Positions 53,427 through 64,000 of a stretch of 64,000 nucleotides of DNA are shown here, piece after piece. A program made the position numbers and the translations under genes. Numbering within the stretch: the stretch's first letter is position 1; every line of letters begins with the position of its first letter. The notes under the pieces are model-generated. The model searched no databases. It was not told the DNA's origin and worked only from the letters and a program-made list of their open reading frames with translations. Source of the stretch: Podarcis liolepis (taxonomy: Eukaryota); the NCBI GenBank assembly GCA_965112155.1, contig OZ218099.1; one strand, written 5' to 3'.

Positions 53427-54678
53427 GACACAAACAAATATATGATGGACTTTGGAGAGCGAAGTGTAGTGTAATAAAATATGAGTTATGGTACCAGGAG
53501 TTGCCTATTCAGATCCCTGATCAAACTTGAAACTCCCTGGACTACCTTGGCAAGATTTTCTTTTCAGTAGTAGTTTACCACCTAAACCAAATCTACCTTA
53601 TTGGGCTGTTATAAATCTCAGGATTAAGTTGTGGTAAATGCCAATAAAAGTGCCCCCCTTACATGCCATCACTAGGGGTGACGTATAGGAACAATGAAGA
53701 TTAACTTAATTTGGAAGTTTCAATTCCAGAACATGAAAGTTCTGCTGCATCCTCATTTTTAATACAGACATATCATTAGCAAAACCCACAGGCTACGTCC
53801 AAATCAGGGCTTCTAGAATAAATACCCTTTAATTTAAAACTTGCAAACCTTATTCCCAATTTAGTATCAACTCCTTCAGTAGCTCCTCATTGTGACCTTA
53901 GAGAGGAAGAATGCCTGTCATAGGTTGTAAAACAAATGTCAGATATACCTTTATTTGCCTCCCAATTTAGGATTGCACTTCATGTATGATCTAGTTTATT
54001 CTTGCATCGCAGAGGGTTAGACTAGATGACCCTCAACAACCAGCCCCACTATATAATTCTATGTATCTTGAAGGATGTGGGGCTGTGATACACAAAAACC
54101 TAACACCCTAATAGTTCTGAGGCTCTAAGATACCAGGAGACATTATTGCTAAAAACCACCCTTTGGGAAATTTTGTTGCAGAAGAACAGTACTTAAAACA
54201 TGTCACTTTTAGCTACTCATAAAAATTAGTTGTAGAAGCTTGTCCAGAAATTAGGAGTCTCTATTGTAAACGCCAGGCCTAGTTATTCTGTAGCAAAGTT
54301 TATGCTCCCATCATCCAAAGCACATTCTTGATTCACCACAAACTCGTTTACTGTATAAAGCTTTTATTAAGTTTTTGAAAATACTATGCATAGCTTTGTG
54401 AAGCACACCTGCTCAAGGTGTATTGAGCTATGCCACCACTCTAACCTGCAAGTAGTTTTTTTCCCCATAAGCTGCCCTACCTAACTTGGTTTCATGCAAT
54501 ATGGGAAAGAATCACAGAACACATAATACTGTATGACATAATACTTTACATGGGGAAAGAGTGTCTTTAGAGCACCACCACGTATGTTTTAATAGTTAAT
54601 AAAAATTGGTGTGCAATGTCAGCATTTATGGGAACTCAGGATGAAAAATGACTCAAGCTCTTTTGTGAGAAAGTGGGT

Positions 54679-54694
54679 GGCTCTTAAAAGAGCC
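54679..54694 (-). terminator. Histone 3' stem-loop of H2B (GGCTCTTTTAAGAGCC) plus HDE AAAAGAGCT
   Basis: Canonical sequence followed by ACCCA. Confidence 0.95.
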
Positions 54695-54733
54695 TTTGGG
54701 TTATTAAGTTCTTTGCTAAGCNNNNNNNNNNNN

Positions 54734-55964
<1,231 letters not shown>

Positions 55965-56011
55965 ACCTTGGCTGCCCCCCCAAAGGAAAAAAACCCCTCG
56001 CTGAACCCAAA

Positions 56012-56027
56012 GGCTCTTTTCAGAGCC
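56012..56027 (+). terminator. Histone 3' stem-loop of H2A (GGCTCTTTTCAGAGCC) plus HDE AAAAGAGCTG
   Basis: Canonical sequence. Confidence 0.95.
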
Positions 56028-56733
56028 ACCCACGTTTTCCAGAAAAGAGCTGAGTCCAGGCTGTTGGTGACTTTGGAAAGCAAGTTGTCTTGTGTTTAGA
56101 ACGGGATTCAAAATATTCCTAGTTCTTAAGGCTAAATGGTATAAATCCGCGAGGAACAATTGCCATTCCACCAAGTTAGGTGAAGCTGAGCCTTGTTTTA
56201 GTTGTACTTTCCGTGGCTGAGAAGTATTGGCTGTTCGGGATATCAATAATGCCCGTTGATGAACAGCTCTTGGTTAAGGAATGATGTCCTACGTGGATCA
56301 CGCAGTCGTTACCCGCCCCCATTTTATATCTAAAACACCTTGTGGTACTCGAACATATAAATATTAGAAAACGAATTGGCATGCCAAGGCAATCCCTGGC
56401 TCTGAGGCAGCCTGAGAAAGAGTTACGTATGTGTAACGCGGGACCTGACACATAGTATTAAAAATACTCTTTAACCCTGGTATTTTTGCTGACTCCCCGT
56501 AAAATCAAAGGATTCGTCGGTAAGGGGTACGATTCTGAACCAATCATTGCGTAGCGCGGGGTTTTTAAGCCCTATAACTGCCTCTGCCTGTTAAGTTCAA
56601 AGAAGCCTATTCAGCTCCTCGTCTCAAAAGCTGCTGCTAATTTAATTCTCTTTGATCCAAAAACGGTTCTCACACTAGGAACGGTGGGGGTTGGGATGCC
56701 CTGTGGTGGCAAATCTGGCACGTCAGCTTTTTC

Positions 56734-56787
56734 AGCTTTTTAACGGCAGCAACTTTAAGATACGCGCTATTGGAGCTGGGATTACCG
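56734..56787 (-). pseudogene. 54-bp dispersed fragment of 18S rRNA (530-loop region)
   Basis: Minus strand CGGTAATCCCAGCTCCAATAGCGCGTATCTTAAAGTTGCTGCCGTTAAAAAGCT compared with recalled 18S CGGTAATTCCAGCTCCAATAGCGTATATTAAAGTTGCTGCAGTTAAAAAGCT. Confidence 0.85.
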
Positions 56788-56988
56788 TTAAGCACTGTTT
56801 CACTCCACACGCATGATATGTGTTGTTCTTTACTTTCACAACAACACTGTGAGGTAGGATAGGCCGGGATTCGCGCACGCCCCGACCAAAAGGTAATTTT
56901 ATAGGTCGTGCGCTTAGGATCCACGATATAACTGGAGCACCTTTCAGGCAGAAGGTCTGGGAGGGGACCGAGAGCTCAGAGGTGGCCT

Positions 56989-57078
56989 CCAATCCCTTCC
57001 AAGCCCGGGAAATTCAAACCCCTGAGCCGCTACGCTCGCGCTCTCGGCCAATCAGGGAAGGAGGATTTCCCTATAAAT
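56989..57078 (+). promoter_or_regulatory. H3 promoter: two CCAAT boxes (56989, 57048) and TATAAA (57072)
   Basis: Motifs read directly upstream of the H3 ATG. Confidence 0.8.
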
Positions 57079-57149
57079 TCTCGGCTCCCAGGTCCTCTCC
57101 CCCGCTTTGCATCCGTCCTGCAGGAGCGAGCTGCTGTCTCGCTGTTTGA

Positions 57150-57569
<420 letters not shown>

Positions 57570-57611
57570 GCTGCTTCCCAGTCGCTACAGCACAGCTGGA
57601 AATAACCCAAA

Positions 57612-57627
57612 GGCTCTTTTAAGGGCC
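57612..57627 (+). terminator. Histone 3' stem-loop of H3 (GGCTCTTTTAAGGGCC, one U-G wobble)
   Basis: Preceded by CCAAA; HDE AAAAGGAGCTG downstream. Confidence 0.88.
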
Positions 57628-59305
57628 GCCCACATAACAAAAAAGGAGCTGTCGTTACTTCCTACCCAGTATATTTGCACTGCACAATCCAGGTGCAGGT
57701 CGTCAAGCGTTTGGGCGCCGGCCATGGACGTGCTCCTTCCTGACGTTCAGTATGATCATGTGCATGTTCACTCGGAAGTCCTGCTGAGACTTCTGGGTGA
57801 GTGGCTGTAGGCTTTCAGCCTTAGTGGAAATTTTGAGCTGGAAATCCCCTGCTTTAAATAGGAATGGGTGTGCATTGGTTGCAACCGGTCAGGATTTCTA
57901 GAGAAATGAAATGGATTGACTTTATTTTAAGATCCTGATTTAATTCAGCAACGTATTTTCTAACAGTTAAAAGCACCCAGAAGCTGGCATTTCAAAGCCA
58001 AGCAAAGAGGAGTCTTTTCGTCTGCTCTGTGGTTTGATTCCGCTAGGTCTCTTTTGCACTGTTTGGGCCCAGCGCCATGCATTCATTGACTTCAATGGGC
58101 TTCATTTTTGGATCAGCCTGATCCATTCCAGGTCAGGTGCTGATTGGCACTTGCTGTACACTTCAAGGAGGGAGAGGGAAATTTATATAACACCTTTGCT
58201 CCACTCTAGGAACATCGGCACCATTGTCTTTTTTTTTGTTTTAAATATTTTACATGCCTCAAATGCTTCAGTTAGGGGAATAAATACAGTACTCCATTTT
58301 TTACAAAGAACATGTTGGTTTATAAAAATTGTAGATGGCAAGCACACTCACTTCCTCAGGAGCAATGCCTCGTGGAGATGTGACCTGGTATGGTCCATGT
58401 GTGCACTCTCCGAAATGTAGTGCTTCTTTCTTACTGTTTCCTTATAACTATGAGTATGCTGAGGGAGACATGTACCTACAATTCTGATACTATACTGTAT
58501 TTCATTACCTGCTGAAAATGTTCATTTCACCAAGGGTTTTCAGAAAACATTTGTGTCTGCAGAACATGGAATTGTAGAGTTGGAAGGAACCCTGAGGGTC
58601 ATCTAGTCCAACCCCCTGCAAGGCAGGAATCTCAACACACACGCCCGAGGGGTTTGAGCCCCACCTTGAGCAAAAGTGTTCAGCATTGCAGTGGTTGGAC
58701 TAGTTGACCCTTGTGGTCCCAAGTCTACAATTCTATGATTCTGTGGTAATCATTTTTTCCCCTATATTTTATAGTTTTATGATCCCTCAGTGCTTTCATT
58801 GTACCCCACCGTCACATGGATAAGCTGGCAGTTTAGAAATATTCTTATAAATAGATGAGAAAAGAAATTAAATTCCATTGAAGATTACAGGGGAAAATAA
58901 AAAAATGGATGAAATTTTAAAGGGTGGGGTGCAGAGCTTGCTACATGCCTACCTTGTTACTTCTGAAATGACCAAGGCGTGCTTTGGGTGTCTTGATGAG
59001 CCAGCCAGCTCATCAGCAGTCTGCCCTTTGCAGCATTCCCAATGCCCACATGGCCATTAAAACTCAGGGGAGGCAGCATCAGGCAACTCCTCTGATAGGG
59101 ATTTTTTCCAGATCTGGAGCTTGCAGCAATGTTTGCTGGAAACAAAAGCACAGGCACCACCCTTGACTGAGGCAGGAAAATGGAAGCCTCTTTGGCAAGT
59201 GAAGAAAACTTGTGAAATGGGGGAAGAGATTGTGGCAGAACAATACGTCAGAGCTAAAAGGTAGTGGAAGACAAATAAGGAAAAGAAATAAGGAAAGGAA
59301 AAGAT

Positions 59306-59441
59306 CAGGCATAGGCAACCTTGGCCCGCCAGATGTTTTGGGACTACCAACTCCCATGATCCCTAGCTAACAGGACGAGAGGTCAGGGATGTTGGGAATT
59401 GAGTCCCAAAACATCTGGCGGGCTGAGGTTGCCTATGCCTG
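59306..59441. mobile_element. Palindromic hAT MITE (about 136 bp)
   Basis: TIR CAGGCATAGGCAACC with long inverted arms; related copies at about 3030-3165 and 21101-21237. Confidence 0.8.
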
Positions 59442-59858
59442 TCTTAGACAATACTTTGTCTGCCCTGTTAAAATAGCCCAAGGGTCTAGTGATGTTGGTC
59501 TATATACTAAGATGCCTTTGAAGTGGCTCATCCACTTCTTGGTCAATGCTGTTCTATTCTACATATTTAGTAACTTTCAGCTGCTGGTGCTGCCTTGAGA
59601 ATAGAATAGCAAGCCCTTTTGCTTCTTGAAGATGTCGTAAGAGAGTCATGGTCAGAGAGGGGAATAAAGGAAAAATGACCCTACCAATATCAAAGTTATA
59701 GTATTATGCCTTAAAACCCCACAAGAAAAATAAACTGTGCCTTGGAGAATGCACTGTTTGAGAATGTATCGTTTTGCTGTGTTTTCTCATTGACTTAAGA
59801 ATGTATCTAAATGTATCCTTACGGAAATGTATAGGAATGTATCTGAAAGTACTGCATG

Positions 59859-61930
59859 TGTGATAGGAATTTTATGGTTTTAGATATATGGCAACGTTCA
59901 TAACCACACGTACATAGATCAGCACAGGAAAGCCAACCTGGAACCATTTTGATTCCTAAACTGAGCAAATGTTTCTCTGCATGGTAAAAATGGAAAAGCT
60001 TCCCCATTGTCTCTTCCTTCACAAATCCTGTCTTAATCTGTGTTTGAATAAGGGTGTGAGCCTTATCATTACATAAGACTGCCAAGGCTCCCCAAGAAAT
60101 CCAATCAGGTAACCTGCCAGACAGGAAATAAACAAAGTGACAGGAGAAAACAACATGCAAATGTTCTGTTTTAGACCGCCTTATCTGAGGGGTGGTCTTA
60201 GGTTACACCCCTTCTGTGATGAATGCATAATGTTTCTGGGGGTGGTCTTGATCTAGAGCAGTGTTTCCCAACCACTGTTCCGCGGCACACTAGTGTGCCG
60301 CGAGATGTTGCCTGGTGTGCCGCGGGAAAAATTAAAAAATTCGAAAGATTTTCTTTTTAAGTCAAATTTTCGATTGGGGCGCCGTCACTAGATGACCCCT
60401 GGGGTTCCCTCCCTCCCTCCCGCTCTGCGCCTCCCTCCTCCTCCTCCTCCGGGGAGGCCCTTCCTGGCTCTCGGCCAAGGCTTGGCGGCTGCCACTCACT
60501 CGCTCGCCCACCCGTCCCTCCATCCCTGCACCCGGCCTCTCCCCCTCCGTCCCCGGCGCGGGGGCTGCCGGGATCCGTAGTCCCCTTGCTCTTGGGCTCC
60601 GCGCCCGCGCGGGGTGCGCAAACTACATTTCCCAGCGTGGCCTGGCGGGCCGGGCGTTTTGTTTGAAGCGCTCTTCTCCCGGCCATGGAATGAGCGCGGC
60701 GGCGGCCGGGCGGGCAGGGCCTCTTCCACGCAGACCCCGCGCAGCCTGCCTGCGTCCCCGCGGAGATCGGGCGGCAGGATGGAGCCCGGGGATCCCCGCG
60801 GAGGCGGAGCGGCGGAGGCTGCCCCCCAGGTGGGGCTGCGTCGGGGGGGGTTGTTTTTGCAATGCTGCATCCGCGCCGGAGGGGACGCATCGGACCGCGG
60901 GGAGACCCCTTGGCGGGCGTGCAAGGCAATGCATGCGTGCAGGCGTTGCATGGAGTGCAGTGCAATGCAATGGCAACGCGGCGCCCTGCATGCATGCATG
61001 CAACTTCCACCAGCGCTCCGGACTTGGCAGGTGAGGGGGGTCCCCAGTGGGCGGCAGAGAGAGCCGGGAGGGCGAAGGGGAGCCGGGGGGGGAGCAGCGC
61101 TGCTCCCCGAGCCGAGCCCGGGGGGAAACTTCGGCGTCATTGCGCCAGGTGTTGGAAGCGGAGGCTGGCGGGGGCCCCTCACCTGAAAAACCTGGTCGCC
61201 TCTCCTATATTTCGTGCATTGCATTCATCGCCCGCTTTCTCCTCCAAGGAGCTCCCGGGGGCGCGCGTGGTTCTCCCCGTGTTATCCTCGCAACAACAGC
61301 CCTGCGAGGTGGGTCAGGCGAGTGGCCCAAGGGAGCACCCAGGGATTGTCCTGGCCAGGTGGGGTGATTTGAACCCTGCTCTCTGCCCGGTCTTCGTCCT
61401 CATTTAGCCCCCACATGTGCATGACTGTGCATGACTGAGGTTTTCCCCCGTCGTCTTGGCTATGGTGTGAGTCTGTGCTGTTAATTAATGGGGTTCTGCC
61501 TTCGGAGAAGATGAGCCAGCCCTCAAGGAGGTGATTATGTAATTTGCTAGCAATTCATGTCCCTCCCGGCGTGACGCTGCGCCCTGACGTCACGGGGCTG
61601 TAATGGTGGTGTGCCTCGAGATTTTTTTCATGAAACAAGTGTGCCTTTGCCCAAAAAAGGTTGGGAAACACTGATCTAGAGGATGGGAATTTCAAAAGTC
61701 TTTATAAGCCCTTGCACAGCATTTTTGTGGGTCCTCCTCCTTTCCTGCGTGTGAGGGGAGCACCCTGTTGCAACAGATTAATAAAGATCAAGCTTACTAG
61801 CTGCTTTGCTTATCAATATTCTCTGGTTGGCCTCTGTTATTTTCTCCTACCAATAGGGAACCTATGTAAGGACTCTATATGGGCTCTTGGATACCCCATA
61901 AGGGAAAAGGGCATATTTTTATTTACAACA
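59859..61930 (+). mobile_element. Solo LTR (about 650 bp after removing the nested hAT), ERV-like
   Basis: TG...CA ends, 4-bp TSD CATG, CCAAT, TATA-like box and AATAAA in U3-R-U5 order. The 3' end is independently matched by the fragment at 42188-42255. Confidence 0.72.
60259..61673. mobile_element. Non-autonomous hAT (Charlie/Buster-like) element, 1415 bp, with CpG-island-like cargo
   Basis: Perfect 15-bp TIR CAGTGTTTCCCAACC; perfect 8-bp TSD ATCTAGAG (60251-60258, 61674-61681). Confidence 0.93.
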
Positions 61931-62303
61931 CATGCATCCTTACTGAAATGTATATCTTTTCCTTGAATGTATCTTTACTGAAATGTATTTTTCTCAAAAC
62001 GCTGTACTATGCTGTAGTTTCTGAATGTATCCAATCCTAGCTGCCAAAACACTCTCCACCATCCTGCCATGTACTAAGTCTGGAAATAATGCCCCGAATA
62101 TACACAAAATACCAACCCAAAATAAAGTAGTTTTATTTTCCAATAAGTATGCAAACATGAGACTATCACAGAGACTATCAAATTGATAGCAATGCAGAGC
62201 AGGATCTCACATTAACATTGAAGCCATTTCCTGAACATCCAGCCTCACGATCTGCATACTGATTATTAGCAGCTACGGAAAGCTTTCCTGTAGATAAAGG
62301 AAC

Positions 62304-62774
62304 CAGTGGCGTAGCATGAGTTGTCAGCACCCGGGGCAACGCAAGTAATTTGCGCCCCCTAACCCGGGGCAAGGCAAGTAATTTGCGCCCCCCCCCAACC
62401 CCTAACCTGCGAGTTGCCGCTGGCGCTGCCGCGCAAACAACGCTGCTTGCCCGGAGGAGGATGGAGGCAGAAGCAGCCGCCGCCTGTGGCTCGGCCGAGG
62501 GGATGGCGGCGGCGGCAGGGTGCAGAGGCTGCCCGTGCCCGGCCAGGCGTCGGTGGCGGCGTCGGCGCTGCTGCAGCGGCTGCTCCTCCGAGCAGTGAGC
62601 GGAGCGCAGCCACAGCGACTGCGGGGGGCGCGCGCGCTAGGGCGCAAGGCTGGCGGTGGCGGCGGGGAGCCCGGCGGAGGAAGGAACTTGTCCCTTCCCT
62701 CTGGACTCGCGCGCCCCCCAGATGTTGCACCCGGTGCGGTCGGCACCCCTGGCACCCCCCACGCTACGCCACTG
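62304..62774. mobile_element. Non-autonomous hAT-type element, 471 bp, GC-rich interior
   Basis: TIR CAGTGGCGTAGC; perfect 8-bp TSD AAAGGAAC (62296-62303, 62775-62782). Confidence 0.92.
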
Positions 62775-64000
62775 AAAGGAACAGCCATTAACCAGATCCA
62801 GAAGAAGCTCAACACATGTTATTCCAGCCCTCCAGCAAAATTGACACCTCCCAAGATCTTACAACATCCTACTTACCTTATGTTAATCCTCTCTTCTCCC
62901 CATTCAGGTCGCTTCCCGCCACCTCCGCTGTTATTGTTCTGTTTGGAAACCAAAAGGTATAAGAGTCAAAGCAGCCCTTTGTTCGAGGTTCTCACTCCGT
63001 TTTAATGGCGTGAGGGGGGACCCTGTTTCAACAGTTTTGTTTTTTCCTGTTCTTTCAATAAAGATCAGACTTTGCTTTTTCACCAATCCTGGTGTGGTCT
63101 CTGACATTTCCCGACTGGTAAGGAGCCTCCACAACCGCGCTCCTTCCGAGGTCCCAGTCCTCCTTGTGAGGCAGGGACTCCCTTGGGGAAGGAATTATTT
63201 ATTTCAAAGACAAACCACTGCTTCAGTCTGTGATGCGGGCACCCAAGGCCTTGGAAATCTGGAGGCTGCTCTGGCAACTAGAAGACCCAGAGGGCCACTT
63301 CAGTCTACCATTTTTGGTCACTAAATTTCCACTTAGGCCAAGCCTTGCTTGGTAGCTTGAGAAAGGAACTGCTCTTTAATCCAGAGAATTTGCAACAGCC
63401 TCTTCTTTGCTCTTTGCATTTCTTGTGTTTGAAGAACCAGAAATCAAGATCAAAAACATCCCATTAGAGACATCCTGTGTTAAACGGAGAAGCACATGGG
63501 ACTGCATAATTGTCGGCTAGGATATAATTACTGTTTTGAAACCAAATAAGATGGTGGAAGCTGGCAGATACTGGCTGCTTGAGTACATTTGGAGCCCTTT
63601 TCTGCTACTCTTCAACTGAATACATGCCATTGCATAAACACCCTAAGATATCAATTCAGTACTTTCCTAACCACTCTCATTTGCTGAGATTTGTGGGTAG
63701 AAAATTACTATCTCACTCTCTATCTGGATAAATTAAAAAATTGTCCAGTTGCACCTTAGAGCGATTGCTTTTGCTGTTAATGTGTGCGCACATGCAGTAC
63801 AGAGCTTTATGTTTCAGCCTCCTATTCCAGGTCTCTTTGGATTCTTAGGCCAGTAGTACACAACTAGGAGCTCACTTTAAGACTGATCTTGCATTGTTAA
63901 CTGGGCCTCTACCTTCTGACGCACACCTGAAATAAACTCTCCAGAGGGTACAGTAGATCATATTCAAATACGTGATGAGACAAGTTTTAAAACATCATTT

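Larger units (their letters stand above)
59633..63206 (+). mobile_element. Outer solo LTR (about 1.0 kb after removing nested elements), ERV-like
   Basis: TGT...TTTCA ends with 4-bp TSD AAGA; TATAAG near 62957 and AATAAA near 63057. Shares the GTGAGGGG...CCCTGTT.CAACAG...AATAAAGATCA motif with the inner LTR. Confidence 0.65.

Noticed and set aside
60357-61407. Several long overlapping ORFs in the hAT interior as transposase or novel proteins
   Set aside because: Low-complexity Pro/Arg/Gly/Ala translations in multiple frames, as expected at very high GC; no DDE, BED or dimerisation motifs.

Overview
Vertebrate genomic DNA, most likely a squamate (probably a lacertid lizard, judged from Sauria SINE, BovB, L2 and Penelope repeats). 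Left part, minus strand: the first four coding exons of a clade-B fibrillar collagen (signal peptide and TSPN domain, 23.4-kb intron 1). It is called COL5A3 because it lies head-to-head with a complete 6-exon, 316-aa photoreceptor retinol dehydrogenase RDH8 (34078-44976, +). Right part: a compact replication-dependent histone quartet (H4-, H2B-/H2A+ divergent pair, H3.2+) with stem-loops and subtype promoter elements; no H1 in the window. H2A and H2B contain N runs whose lengths match the missing sequence. Most notable accessory observations: (1) young non-autonomous hAT elements with perfect 8-bp TSDs whose interiors look like captured CpG-island promoter/first-exon DNA (Pack-like); (2) a nested insertion of two solo LTRs and two hATs at 59.6-63.2 kb, each with its own TSD; (3) a minimal hammerhead ribozyme in a Penelope fragment; (4) two independent insertions of a 6-bp-TSD TIR element carrying an L2 tail; (5) a 54-bp 18S rRNA fragment between H2A and H3; (6) a 74-bp fold-back at a BovB 5' truncation. 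Family names and cross-species comparisons are from recall, not from searches.
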